From positions 1-63,730 of IMG/VR virus record IMGVR_UViG_3300048837_001215: a stretch of 63,730 nucleotides of DNA; one strand, given 5' to 3'. The notes beneath the pieces are model-generated. The model was not told where the DNA came from. It ran no database searches and was given only the letters and a program-made list of their open reading frames with translations. Below, piece by piece: positions 43,661 to 53,821 of this stretch (position 1 is its first letter; every line of letters begins with the position of its first letter). Position numbers and translations under genes: made by a program. The DNA is from a virus (taxonomy: Duplodnaviria; Caudoviricetes).

Positions 43661-45072
43661 AAGGTAAAGTAGTTCATTTGACCGACGGGGAGAAGCAGGA
43701 TCAACTGAGAAGGGTAATGCTGAACAATGCCCTGTCCATCGTGGCTTCCCGGATGTCGTATGGGAATAGCAAGACCTTTGGTGGCCTGCGGGATGTATGG
43801 GAGGCGCTTGGATATCCTTCCCTGGATCGGATTACCTTTGAAGACTATTATCTGCGCTATCGTCGTCAGGACATTGCCGGCAAGATCGTGGAGAAGCCGG
43901 TAGAGGGGAGTTGGAGGAAGCTGCCCGAAGTCAGGGCTACAGATGATCCGAACGATACCTGGAAAGACGAGTTTGACAGGTTACAGAAAAGACTTGGACT
44001 GTTTGCCAATATGATTCGTTGGGATATCCTTTCTGGTATCGGTCGGTATGCCTGTTTGTTGGTGGGATATAAGGATGGGGCGGTATCTCTATCCGAACCG
44101 GTGAATGGAAAGGTTTCTGATATCTTGTATCTTCAGCCTTTTTCTGAAGGTTCTGCGACCCTGAAGGATTTCGTAACCGATAAGAACGATGCCCGGTACG
44201 GCCTGGTAAGGAACTATGGATTGAAGCTGGCCACTACGCCAAATACCGCCGCTTCAATGGAGATTGTGGCTCATCATTCGCGTATCTTCCATCTGGTAGA
44301 GAATCCCCTTGAGTCTTCTGTATATGGATTGTCTCGGCTGGAAAGGGCATATAACCGCCTGCTCAATCTGGATCTGATTGTCGGAGGATCGGCTGAGATG
44401 TTCTGGCAAGGGGCTTTCCCTGGCATGGCATTCAAGGCTCAGGAAGACTTCGACATCAGCCAGATTGCATCGGAGTTGACTGAAGAGATTCAGAAATATG
44501 TCCATAATCTGGAACGGTATATGAAGCTCCAGGGTGTCGATGTTCAAAGCCTTGCTCCTGTGGTAGCAGATCCTTCCAGTCATGTGGATGTCCAGCTCAA
44601 GATGATCTCCATTGCTACCGGCATCCCCAAGCGGATTCTGGAAGGATCAGAGAGAGGGGAGCTGGCCAGCAGTCAGGACAGCGAATCCTGGGAAGCTCTT
44701 TGCGACCATCGCAGGACCACTCATGTAGAGCCCAATATCCTCCGGCCAGTGATAGATCGATTCATCGAAGTCGGGGTATTATCCGAGCCAAAGAACGGAT
44801 ACGAGATCGAGTGGCCTGATTTGTCCTCCATGACCGAGAAAGAAAAGGTCGAAGTCGGCAAGGGAAGAACAGAGGCTCTGGTCAAGTACATGGAAAGTGC
44901 CAACAGTCAACAGGTTCTGCCGGTAGATTCTTTCCTGGAAGACATCATGGGAATGGATTACGACACTACCTGGCGGATAATGGAGAAGATTGAAAAGCAC
45001 ATGGCTCAGATTGTTCAGGAAGGCGATGGGGAAGGGGACGATGAGCTTGAAGACGAGGACAGGATTATCTAA
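43657..45072 (+). CDS. Portal protein (DUF1073-like)
   Basis: Position and size; HHSRIFH, G.SRLE, ATGIPKRIL.G, EIEWPDL. Confidence 0.82.
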   Translation: MKGKVVHLTDGEKQDQLRRVMLNNALSIVASRMSYGNSKTFGGLRDVWEALGYPSLDRITFEDYYLRYRRQDIAGKIVEKPVEGSWRKLPEVRATDDPNDTWKDEFDRLQKRLGLFANMIRWDILSGIGRYACLLVGYKDGAVSLSEPVNGKVSDILYLQPFSEGSATLKDFVTDKNDARYGLVRNYGLKLATTPNTAASMEIVAHHSRIFHLVENPLESSVYGLSRLERAYNRLLNLDLIVGGSAEMFWQGAFPGMAFKAQEDFDISQIASELTEEIQKYVHNLERYMKLQGVDVQSLAPVVADPSSHVDVQLKMISIATGIPKRILEGSERGELASSQDSESWEALCDHRRTTHVEPNILRPVIDRFIEVGVLSEPKNGYEIEWPDLSSMTEKEKVEVGKGRTEALVKYMESANSQQVLPVDSFLEDIMGMDYDTTWRIMEKIEKHMAQIVQEGDGEGDDELEDEDRII

Positions 45073-45091
45073 CCAGAGGGGATGACGAACA

Positions 45092-45790
45092 ATGAAAAAC
45101 AAATGTTTTGTAATTACTGTTTTGATTGGTGGTCTTGTTATGACCGGATGTGCTGGCGGAACCAGGACGACAACTACGAGAAGTATTGATCCCGATACTG
45201 GCATGGAGCGGGTTACTATGACCGAGGAAGGGGTTGACTTCTGGGAGTCCGGAAATCTTCGCATGTATTACGAGGCAGACGCCAAACGGACTGACAATCA
45301 TAGGATAGTTGCAGACAAGAAGATCAATGCCATTATGGAGAACGGGGTAAGGCGCACCTATTCGACCCCGACCGAGGCCACTCTTGGCAGTGTCATTGAC
45401 AGCCTGCTCATTGCTCAGATTCGTGACACTGCTCCACCGCCGTCGGCCGCCGCCCCAAAGACCGCTGTTGACCTGTTCGAACGCAACCTCGTCCCCCTTG
45501 CCTATTTGGGGGTAGGTATCGCCGGCGAACTGCTCGATTGGGATCTCGGCGGTCCGTTCGGAATGAACTCTGGAGAGGGGAGTACGTCACTTGAGGATGT
45601 CGTTGCCGGTGGCGATCTTTACATCAACTCCGAGCGGTCCGACCAGTATTACCTCGAAGAAGGATCGGCGTGGGGCGGTCAGGAGAACCCGTCGTTTAGC
45701 TGGACGTACCAGACCGGCAACTCGACCAACAGTGGCGAAGGTCAGGCAACTACCAGCATGCCGGAAGATACCAATACGAGTCTGTTCTAA
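45092..45790 (+). CDS. Lipoprotein
   Basis: Signal peptide with lipobox-like VMTGC. Confidence 0.7.
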   Translation: MKNKCFVITVLIGGLVMTGCAGGTRTTTTRSIDPDTGMERVTMTEEGVDFWESGNLRMYYEADAKRTDNHRIVADKKINAIMENGVRRTYSTPTEATLGSVIDSLLIAQIRDTAPPPSAAAPKTAVDLFERNLVPLAYLGVGIAGELLDWDLGGPFGMNSGEGSTSLEDVVAGGDLYINSERSDQYYLEEGSAWGGQENPSFSWTYQTGNSTNSGEGQATTSMPEDTNTSLF

Positions 45791-46308
45791 TGGAAAGAAG
45801 GACCCTTGGTATATTGGCATTCTGGTGCATTACGATCGCTCTGGCGGTTCTGCTTTTATTGGTGGCAGGGTGCTCATCGGATGACGACCAAGGGACCATC
45901 AGCGGGGCAGGTGATGAGCGGTCAGATCGGGTCAGGGATGGGTCGACAAAGAAGGCTACGATGCCAAATCAGGACGACAGCGAAGCAACTCCGACAACAA
46001 CCTCATCAGGGTCCTGCAGCAAGGACTACATGAGCTACGGCACCCGCAATGGTGGCCGGCAGGCGTGGAGAATCCCACAGAAAGGTCCGGAGTTCGGGTC
46101 CAGGGTCAAGGTGGTGTTCTCCAATGGCCATACCGTCATGGTTCCAAACACATCAAGGAACTACCGGGAGAGTGACGGCTTTGTCTTCAAGCCTGGAATT
46201 GGCCCCAATGGTGAAGGATCAGACGATACAGGCACAGCACACGGTGGTATTTACCTCCATGCTCCTTATGGTAATCGAAGCCAAATGGTTAAACTTTGCG
46301 GAATGTGA
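45790..46308 (+). CDS. Lipoprotein
   Basis: Hydrophobic leader with lipobox LVAGC. Confidence 0.7.
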   Translation: MERRTLGILAFWCITIALAVLLLLVAGCSSDDDQGTISGAGDERSDRVRDGSTKKATMPNQDDSEATPTTTSSGSCSKDYMSYGTRNGGRQAWRIPQKGPEFGSRVKVVFSNGHTVMVPNTSRNYRESDGFVFKPGIGPNGEGSDDTGTAHGGIYLHAPYGNRSQMVKLCGM

Positions 46309-46423
46309 ATGAAGTATGTATCAGTCCCTATTGGTGGTAAAGGAGTAAAGATAAGCATGAAAGAAGCGGAAGAGTTATATCATGTTCTCCGAAAGTTATT
46401 TGATAATGGAATGGGAGTTGGAA

Positions 46424-46777
46424 ATGAAAAGAATACTGATCGCAATGATCCTTTGCCTGGTTCCGACGTTTGCTCTTGCCGGAACAATATCTAAATCAAC
46501 ATCATTCTCTTGGAGCTATACCGCAGAAGCGGAGGAAGAGATTACTGGATTTGAGATATATCAATTGGTTGGCACTTTACCAGAAAAAGTCGCTATTGGA
46601 GATATACCGAAAACAGCAAGATTTGCTACTGGCGTTATCACATACGATAACGGTACGGTGAATAGGTTCTATATACGTGCTATCAATAGTTCCGACCCAC
46701 AGAATATAGAGCGATCCGATCCGAGCAATACAGTCAGATTCCTTGCATCCCCTGGCCAGTTTAAAAGGAACCGATGA
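46424..46777 (+). CDS. Secreted FN3/Ig-like protein
   Basis: MKRILIAMILCLVPTFALA signal; W...GFEIY...FYIRA...S.PSN. Confidence 0.65.
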   Translation: MKRILIAMILCLVPTFALAGTISKSTSFSWSYTAEAEEEITGFEIYQLVGTLPEKVAIGDIPKTARFATGVITYDNGTVNRFYIRAINSSDPQNIERSDPSNTVRFLASPGQFKRNR

Positions 46778-47094
46778 AGATAATAATCTTTACAGTCATT
46801 GTTTTATTGGTTCCGGTATTATCATGGGCACAGAGCATCCATGTGACATGGGGCTATACCCCGCCAATGGCCCCGGCTGTCAGCGGGTTCAAGTTGTACC
46901 AGGAGGGGAAACCGGTATGTGTAACTCTCGTACCGTCGGCACAGGATATGGATTGCGAAGTCACATTGACCCAGAAGGTTACGGTGTACACCCTCACCGC
47001 CATATTTGCCGACGGCACCGAGAGTCCCCACAGTGCCCCATACGCATTTGATACGGAAGGAAGGTTGTTGGCTCCATGGGCATTCACAAAATAA
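46774..47094 (+). CDS. Secreted FN3/Ig-like protein
   Basis: Signal peptide; VTW...GFKLY...YTLTA...ESPHS. Confidence 0.65.
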   Translation: MKIIIFTVIVLLVPVLSWAQSIHVTWGYTPPMAPAVSGFKLYQEGKPVCVTLVPSAQDMDCEVTLTQKVTVYTLTAIFADGTESPHSAPYAFDTEGRLLAPWAFTK

Positions 47095-47107
47095 TAGGAG
47101 AAGGATC

Positions 47108-47452
47108 ATGAGCAAACCAGCAATACCTCAACTGGCAAGAGGAGTAGGAACTTCTGAATTATGGGTTGTTGCTCTGGTTCTTCTTGGCATCGACGTTGAC
47201 ACCGCCACCGCGATCATGGGAGGGGTTCCAGACGCCGAGCAGATCAAAGCCATTATTGCCATGTTGCATGGTGAGGGGTGGCAGGTTCTTCTTATTAAAG
47301 GATCACTTGCTGGTGCTTATCTTTGGATCAGGGATCGGAATAAAAAGGCCGGCATTGAGTTCGAGCTGGAGAAGATACGCCTCAATGCTTCGACTCAAAG
47401 TCCGATACAAACAGATAGTTTTGATGAGGATCTTTCCATTTTAACGAAGTAG
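47108..47452 (+). CDS. Membrane protein, possible holin
   Basis: G..TSELW followed by hydrophobic segments; strong RBS. Confidence 0.45.
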   Translation: MSKPAIPQLARGVGTSELWVVALVLLGIDVDTATAIMGGVPDAEQIKAIIAMLHGEGWQVLLIKGSLAGAYLWIRDRNKKAGIEFELEKIRLNASTQSPIQTDSFDEDLSILTK

Positions 47453-47456
47453 AACA

Positions 47457-49016
47457 ATGACAAAAGCAATCCCAAACATATCCCAGTATTTCTTTCTGGT
47501 GAACGTGATTGACCCGACGAAGACTATTACTCTTCGCCAGCGATTCGTTCGGGATATGAACTCCAGATTCTTCCGGTTGATGGCGGATGTAAAGGAAGCC
47601 ATAGTGGATCTGGATGCGTTTGGATTGAAGAAAGAAGCGGTCAAGGTGAATGCTTCAGGGCTCTCCACAGGGGCTTTTGACTTCCCCACCAACTCTAGGA
47701 AGATTGATGCTTTCACCGAGTGGATGGATAGCAAGGCCAGGGAGTATATCCTGGCTCAAGGAACTTCTGGAATGAGGCTTTCCGGCCAAATTGGAACCGG
47801 AATGACCGACATCGAAGCCGCCCGCAAGGTATGGATCAACACTTATCTGGATAGTGCTTATCAGCAGGGCATCCGCAGGGCCAGACAGGAGCTCCGGAAG
47901 AAGGGAGTGGAAATCGACGAAGGGCAGATGGGAGGAGATCCAATCAAGGTGGCTTTCAATGGTCCAATTCATGCGGATCGGATTGGGATGATCTACACCA
48001 GGGCCTACACTTCTTTGAAAGGCATTACTGCTGAGATGGAGTCTGCGGTATCTGATGTCCTGGCAATGGGATTGGCAGAAGGAAGGGGACCAAAGCAGAT
48101 TGCAAGGATTCTCGACAGGACAATAACGGGCCGGGGAGAGGATCTTGGAATTGTCGATAAGCTGGGCAGGAGGATCGACAGCAAGAGAAGGGCTGAGGTA
48201 CTGGCCAGGACTGAGACGATCAGAGCCCATCACGCTGCAAACATTGGGGAGTATCGAGCTGCTGGAGCAATGGGGATTTCAGTATTGGCAGAGCACCTGA
48301 CCGCTGGGGATGGAAGGGTGTGCCCCAAGTGCGCGCCTCTGAACGGAAAGAAATATACGCTGGAAGAGGCTGAATACATCATCCCGGTTCATCCTCAGTG
48401 TCGGTGCGTAGCCATTCCGTATATTGAAGATACCCCGGAGATTAAAGAAGAGAAAAAAGATTCAATCGAAAAGGATAAAGATGTTTCTTATGAAGTTAGA
48501 GCAGATGCTTTATTGAAAAAATTAACTAAAGAAGAGAAAAAAGCCATTAAAGATTATACCGGGAGTGAGTATTTAGTAATTAATGGCGAGTTGAGAGAAA
48601 ATTCAGGAAAGCTGGGGTATATTGAAAATACTTTTGCTAGAAAAACAATACGAAATCTTGATTCTGTTTTAGATAAATCTCCTCTTTTAGATTCAAATTT
48701 AACAGTTTATAGAGGGGTAGAAGAATTTGACGATGTTTTTCCAGATGGGGTAATTGTTGGCGATTCCATTATTGATTACGGGTTTGTATCGACTTCTATA
48801 AACAAAAAAATTGCAGAGAAGTTTGTTGGCCCTGGTGGATATCTTTTTGAAATAAAATTAAAACCTGGAACAAAAGCTGGTTTTATTTTGAAAGAGTCAA
48901 ATGCTAGTGAAGTTTTATTACCAAGATATAATGCAGGATCTGATAAACATAAACTTAGGATAATAAAAATAAATGAAGCCAATAAGACAATCACCGCCGA
49001 ATTTGAAAATGAATAG
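47457..49016 (+). CDS. MuF (SPP1 gp7-like) head protein fused to a VIP2/C3-like ADP-ribosyltransferase
   Basis: LARTE, D.RVC..C, HPQCRC; then YT...Y..IN..LR, VYRG, FVSTS, EVLLPR. Confidence 0.88.
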   Translation: MTKAIPNISQYFFLVNVIDPTKTITLRQRFVRDMNSRFFRLMADVKEAIVDLDAFGLKKEAVKVNASGLSTGAFDFPTNSRKIDAFTEWMDSKAREYILAQGTSGMRLSGQIGTGMTDIEAARKVWINTYLDSAYQQGIRRARQELRKKGVEIDEGQMGGDPIKVAFNGPIHADRIGMIYTRAYTSLKGITAEMESAVSDVLAMGLAEGRGPKQIARILDRTITGRGEDLGIVDKLGRRIDSKRRAEVLARTETIRAHHAANIGEYRAAGAMGISVLAEHLTAGDGRVCPKCAPLNGKKYTLEEAEYIIPVHPQCRCVAIPYIEDTPEIKEEKKDSIEKDKDVSYEVRADALLKKLTKEEKKAIKDYTGSEYLVINGELRENSGKLGYIENTFARKTIRNLDSVLDKSPLLDSNLTVYRGVEEFDDVFPDGVIVGDSIIDYGFVSTSINKKIAEKFVGPGGYLFEIKLKPGTKAGFILKESNASEVLLPRYNAGSDKHKLRIIKINEANKTITAEFENE

Positions 49017-49093
49017 AACAAAAAAAAATGATAAACCTCGTTTTATTTGGAGTAAAAGCTCTCAAATAAAAATACAAAAAGGAGAGAACAACA

Positions 49094-50554
49094 ATGAAAC
49101 GAATATTCAATGAGGCCAACATCTCCAGGATGAGGACGGTTCAGTTAGAGTCCCAGTCCTGCCGCCCAAAGATGAGAAAGATTGGCAACTCTGAGTATCA
49201 GGTGTTTCCGGTCGTGATGCTGGTGGAGGGGGTTCATCAAGGGGTCGGTAGCGAGCCAGTCTATTACTCTGAGTCGGTCCTGGAGGCAACCTCCGCTCTT
49301 TGGAACAACGTACCAGTCACAATAGGCCATCCCATCAACCAGCAGGGAGAACACATTCTGGTCAATCATGACGGGTCGATTGCTCAACAGTGGTCAGTTG
49401 GTCATGTAATTAATGTCCAGTGGGTTGACGGCAAGCTACGGGGCGAGATTTGGATAAATTCAGCCAGGGTTCAGACTCTTGCTCCAGGCCTGATTGAATT
49501 TCTCCAGGCAGGTGGACAGCTTGAGGTAAGTACCGGCCTTTTGGCTTCTGAAGATCGAGTCGCAGGGGCATGGAACGAGGAAGAGTATGTATCGGCCATC
49601 CAGGAAATCATCCCGGATCATCTTGCCTTATTGCCGGGCGCAACTGGGGCCTGTTCCTGGAACGATGGCTGTGGAGTCCGGTGGAATGTGAAGAAGGAAC
49701 CGCACCTGATCATCCATGTCGGACTGAGTCTGGAACAGGTGGTAGACAAGGTTCGGATGAAAGTGGACTCTATGGATGAGTATGATACCACCACTCAGAC
49801 ATATACCAAAACCCATTATGTTAGGGCGGTGTATCCAGAGTATTTTGTGTATCAAAAGCGGGATAGGTCAACCCAGCCAGAAACAGAAAGCTTATTCCGG
49901 CAAGGGTATTCGCTGGATACGGCTGGGCAGGTGGTTTTTGAAGGTGAACCGGAGGAAGTAGCGGAAGAAATTCAGTACAAACGAAAAGCCAACGAGGAGG
50001 CAAAGGAAATGAAAAAGAACGAGGGAGTTTGTTGTGAGAAGCGGGTTGATGCCCTGATCACGAACGAAGACACGGCATTCACCGAGGACGATCGGGAATG
50101 GCTCAAGGCCATGAATGAATCCCAGATCGAGAAACTGGAGAGCACCATTGAGGTGAACGCTGCCAAAAAGAACGCCGCCCCGACGGCGGACGAGGAGGAC
50201 GAAGAAGTGATGAAAGACGACAAGAAGAAGATCAACAACCTGGCAGAGTTCCTTCAGGAAGCACCCCCGGAAATCCGCTCTGTATTAAATGCCGGCCTTC
50301 GCGAGCTGGATAACAAACGGTCCGATCTGATCACCAGGATCACCGCCAATGAGCGTAACAAATTCACTGAGCAGGATCTCAAGGCGATGGATCTGAACAT
50401 GCTGGAGAATCTGGTTCAGCTGTTGCCCGAGCCGGTTATGAATATGGACTTCAGCGGTCGGGTGCCGGCAGGGGTATTCACCAATGCCGAGGAAGATGTT
50501 GAAGAGCCCTATATCCCGCAGACGCTGAGTTCGGTTTTGGGACAGAAGCAGTAA
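49094..50554 (+). CDS. Prohead protease/scaffold (DUF2213-like)
   Basis: PVTIGHP, EVSTG, DHLALL...GAC. Confidence 0.78.
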   Translation: MKRIFNEANISRMRTVQLESQSCRPKMRKIGNSEYQVFPVVMLVEGVHQGVGSEPVYYSESVLEATSALWNNVPVTIGHPINQQGEHILVNHDGSIAQQWSVGHVINVQWVDGKLRGEIWINSARVQTLAPGLIEFLQAGGQLEVSTGLLASEDRVAGAWNEEEYVSAIQEIIPDHLALLPGATGACSWNDGCGVRWNVKKEPHLIIHVGLSLEQVVDKVRMKVDSMDEYDTTTQTYTKTHYVRAVYPEYFVYQKRDRSTQPETESLFRQGYSLDTAGQVVFEGEPEEVAEEIQYKRKANEEAKEMKKNEGVCCEKRVDALITNEDTAFTEDDREWLKAMNESQIEKLESTIEVNAAKKNAAPTADEEDEEVMKDDKKKINNLAEFLQEAPPEIRSVLNAGLRELDNKRSDLITRITANERNKFTEQDLKAMDLNMLENLVQLLPEPVMNMDFSGRVPAGVFTNAEEDVEEPYIPQTLSSVLGQKQ

Positions 50555-50616
50555 CAACTGGTTGAAAGGGAAGTCGAATATTTAGCTCAATTCAAACATA
50601 GTAAGGAGGACCAGAA

Positions 50617-51090
50617 ATGGCCGCGAAAACAATTGTATTGAAAGGAAGGGGAATCCGGAACGAGGCCGTGGCCAATGCTGCCATCACTCCCGGGCATCTT
50701 GTCGAACTGATGAGCACCGGAAAGATCCGGGTTCATGCAACTGCCGGCGGGAACGCCGCCGCCCTGTTCGCCGTGGAAGATGATCTTCAGGGCAAGACCA
50801 TTGATGACGCTTATGCCGCGAACGCCATTGCTCAGTATGAGGCGGTATATCCTGGCTGTGAGGTTCAGGCCTGGATCGCCGATGGCCAGAACATTGCCAT
50901 CGGGGATTTTCTTGAATCCGCCGGCGGCGGGGAACTTCAGAAACATACCGCAGATGTGGATCTGAACAACAGCTCTGGTGACTTCACCGTCAATACCAAT
51001 CAGATCGTCGCCGTAGCGATGGAAGCCTGTAATATGAGCGGCTCCGCCAAAGTCGATCCATCCGGCAAGTGTCGGGTTCGTATCGTTTAA
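50617..51090 (+). CDS. Head decoration protein
   Basis: A...ITPG.LV motif; directly upstream of the MCP. Confidence 0.65.
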   Translation: MAAKTIVLKGRGIRNEAVANAAITPGHLVELMSTGKIRVHATAGGNAAALFAVEDDLQGKTIDDAYAANAIAQYEAVYPGCEVQAWIADGQNIAIGDFLESAGGGELQKHTADVDLNNSSGDFTVNTNQIVAVAMEACNMSGSAKVDPSGKCRVRIV

Positions 51091-51154
51091 CTGAAATCTG
51101 ATTCGGAAGAATAAGGCTTTTACAAATCAATAAATCCTCAAAGGAGGCAAACAA

Positions 51155-52246
51155 ATGAAGAAAAGAATTAACACAGGTGGGTTGGAGTTTCTGGCAATGG
51201 GTGCCGGCGGAATGACTCCATCTGGTCCTATCGGGCAGAAGCTGCTCAGTGCTGGCATGGACACCAGCGTCCTCAAGCCCTACATCGGGGATGACGGATA
51301 CACCTACATGACTCGGCTTGTCAATGGCAAGTTCCAGGCAATTCGAATCAATGCCAATGCCACTCTCCGCAAGGATGAATGGAAACAGCTGGACGATGCA
51401 GTTCTTTTTGCCGCACAGGAAAGGCTGGTCGGCGTAGCCGATCTGTATTCCCGGAATCTGGTATATCGAATCGGCAACGGCCTCGGAAAGACCGTTCTTG
51501 AGTATGAAGATGTCGGGTCTCTGACTGATGCAGAGCTGACCATGGATGCCGTCACCCCGACCGTTCGGGATCGGATCGAATACAGCCTCAAGTACTTGCC
51601 CCTGCCGATCATTCACAAGGACTTCAGCTACAATGCTCGTGTTCTTGCTGCCAGCCGGAACGGCAATACCCCGCTGGATACCACCACTGCCATGCTCGCT
51701 GCCCGTCAAGTCAGCGAGAAGGTTGAAACTATTCTGTTCCAGGGCGCTTCCAGCTATGCCTATGGTGGCGGCACTCTGTATGGTTATGTGGACTTCCCTT
51801 CCGTCAACGACGTAACTCTGACGGCAAACTGGGATGCCTCTGCGAAGACCGGCGAAGATATCCTGGATGATGTCCGGGCAATGAAACAGGCTTCCATTGA
51901 TGCCAAGCATTATGGCCCCTGGGTCCTCTATGTCCCGACTGCATACGAGACGGTCCTGGATGATGATTACAAGGCCGGGTCCGACAAGACCATTCGTCAG
52001 CGGATTCTTGAGATCGCCGGCATCACTGAGGTCAAGGTCGTTGACAAGCTGGCCGCCAACAATGTTCTCTTGGTCCAGATGACTTCCGATGTCGTTCGGA
52101 TGGTGGAAGGCATGGCTCTCCAGACGATCGAGTGGCAGGAAGGTGGCGGGTTCACCACGAACTTCAAGGTTTTGACCATTATGGTACCGCAGATTCGAGC
52201 GGATCAGGACGGTAATTGCGGTGTGACTCTGCTCAAGGCAGCATAA
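51155..52246 (+). CDS. Major capsid protein (HK97 fold, Linocin/encapsulin-like)
   Basis: 363 aa; LPIIHKDF, E..LF.G, GPWVLYV; strong RBS. Confidence 0.85.
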   Translation: MKKRINTGGLEFLAMGAGGMTPSGPIGQKLLSAGMDTSVLKPYIGDDGYTYMTRLVNGKFQAIRINANATLRKDEWKQLDDAVLFAAQERLVGVADLYSRNLVYRIGNGLGKTVLEYEDVGSLTDAELTMDAVTPTVRDRIEYSLKYLPLPIIHKDFSYNARVLAASRNGNTPLDTTTAMLAARQVSEKVETILFQGASSYAYGGGTLYGYVDFPSVNDVTLTANWDASAKTGEDILDDVRAMKQASIDAKHYGPWVLYVPTAYETVLDDDYKAGSDKTIRQRILEIAGITEVKVVDKLAANNVLLVQMTSDVVRMVEGMALQTIEWQEGGGFTTNFKVLTIMVPQIRADQDGNCGVTLLKAA

Positions 52247-52299
52247 GGGCTTTTGTTGGCCATAACACAAATCTCTGAACAACCAAAAGGAGATCAACA

Positions 52300-52677
52300 A
52301 TGAAAGAAGAAATCATAAGGTGGAGAAGGAAACGGGGCTGCGGCAGCCACTCCTTCCACTGGAATGGTCAGAAGTACAGAATCTCTCCGGGACAGACGGT
52401 TGAGGTCCCGGAGAGTATTTTAGGCAGTTTTGCCGAAAAGTATGAGAGGCTTGAGGTAGTAGGGGGTCACTCACGAACGGCGAAATTTGAAGGCAAAGAA
52501 TCGAAAACAGCAGGGGTTAAAGCCTCTGTTCCCCCCAAGGGACCGCAGCTGATCGATATCGGCGGGGGATTTTGGGATATTATCAACCCGGACAATCCAG
52601 ACAAGCCGCTGAACGACGAGCCTTTGTCGTATAAGGATGCAATGGATGTCCTTTCGCAGATTGGAGAAGGGAAGTGA
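52300..52677 (+). CDS. Hypothetical protein
   Basis: RBS; directly follows the MCP. Confidence 0.6.
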   Translation: MKEEIIRWRRKRGCGSHSFHWNGQKYRISPGQTVEVPESILGSFAEKYERLEVVGGHSRTAKFEGKESKTAGVKASVPPKGPQLIDIGGGFWDIINPDNPDKPLNDEPLSYKDAMDVLSQIGEGK

Positions 52678-53339
52678 AAGACATGGGATTTTGGGCCATC
52701 CCTAGGCTTTGGCCTGGCTCTACCGTCTTCATCCTGGGCGGTGGTCCTTCCCTGTTGAAAGTGGATTTGTCGCTCATCCATCAACATAGAGTGATCGGCG
52801 TAAATCAGGCTTATACCCTCGGACCTTGGGTGGATGTTTGTTGGTTCGGGGATAAAGGATGGTACGAGTTACAGAATGGAAAAATCAACGAGTATGGCGG
52901 CTTGATTGTGACTTGTGCTTATGAAACCAGCCTGGACAGACGCCGGCAGAGAGTCCGTTATGTAGGCAGATCCATTCCTGGAGGAATTGAAAGCAAGTCC
53001 AGGAAGTTTGTATCTTGGAATGGAAATAGTGGGGCCAGCGCAATCAATCTGGCTTATTGGCTCGGGGCAAAGCGGGTGGTTTTGATCGGGTTTGACATGA
53101 AACTTCCGGAAGATAAACATAACAAGAAGGCTCAGACCCATTGGCACAATTTTTATGAACCAAAGTGGGATAAGCGAAACGCAATCTTGTCAAATCCGTA
53201 TGGGAGATTCATGCGGCATTGGCCGCAGATTGCCAGGGATGCCAAGAATCTTGGGCTGGAGATTTTGAACGCTTCTGAAGGATCGGCTTTGACAATATTC
53301 CCAATGGTAAAGGTGGAGGATGTATGTCAGGATTTATAA
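52674..53339 (+). CDS. DUF115/Maf (MptE-like) family protein, putative CMP-sugar transferase
   Basis: ILGGGPSL, IGVN, NSGASAINLAYWLGAKRVVLIGFD, HW. Confidence 0.7.
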   Translation: MKDMGFWAIPRLWPGSTVFILGGGPSLLKVDLSLIHQHRVIGVNQAYTLGPWVDVCWFGDKGWYELQNGKINEYGGLIVTCAYETSLDRRRQRVRYVGRSIPGGIESKSRKFVSWNGNSGASAINLAYWLGAKRVVLIGFDMKLPEDKHNKKAQTHWHNFYEPKWDKRNAILSNPYGRFMRHWPQIARDAKNLGLEILNASEGSALTIFPMVKVEDVCQDL

Positions 53340-53821
53340 GCCCCATGACCTGGATTGACGGCGGATGTAATATTGATCTTTCTGCCAAGATTTTCCACTT
53401 CTCCGTTATCAGGACAAACGTAAAAATTGGGGCGAATACGGTAATTGGCCACAACGTCGTAATTGAAAGGGATACGGTGATTGGCCAGGGCTGTACAATT
53501 CAATCTCAGTGTCACATTACTGCTGAGGCTGTAATTGGGGATATGGTATTCTTTGGCCCTGGTGTGATTACCACCAATGAGAAAAATATTGCCAATCATG
53601 GTCGAACTATCCCCAAGATTGAAAGGTTGGTCATTGGAAGAGGGGCGAGGATAGGTTCTGGTTCGGTGTTGGCCCCTGGAATAGAGATAGGAGAGAACGC
53701 CTTTGTTTGTGCCGGCTCCTTTGTCACCAAGAATATCCCAGCTGGAGAGATATGGGGGATGATAAAAGGGAAGAGCAGAGCCAGCAAAATTGGGACGGTT
53801 CCAGAGAGCGAGTGGCTATGA
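53324..53821 (+). CDS. Hexapeptide-repeat acetyltransferase (WbpD/FdtC-like)
   Basis: Left-handed beta-helix hexads; FGPGVITTN; IGENAFVCAGSFVTK. Confidence 0.85.
   Translation: MSGFISPMTWIDGGCNIDLSAKIFHFSVIRTNVKIGANTVIGHNVVIERDTVIGQGCTIQSQCHITAEAVIGDMVFFGPGVITTNEKNIANHGRTIPKIERLVIGRGARIGSGSVLAPGIEIGENAFVCAGSFVTKNIPAGEIWGMIKGKSRASKIGTVPESEWL

Noticed and set aside
43657-45072. Anti-CBASS Acb1, a label sometimes attached to DUF1073 proteins
   Set aside because: Size and position indicate a portal, and no separate 2H-phosphoesterase domain is evident.
49030-49075. Immunity gene or terminator after MuF-ART
   Set aside because: The gap is only 77 bp; the AT-rich inverted repeat lacks a GC stem and U-tract, so its function is unassigned.
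51155-52246. Encapsulin nanocompartment
   Set aside because: It sits in a complete head operon with terminase, portal and protease, so it is the phage capsid protein.
50990-52300. Long antisense ORFs (436 aa here; also 26984..27661 and 29649..30353)
   Set aside because: They are shadows of well-supported genes on the opposite strand, with no motifs or RBS.
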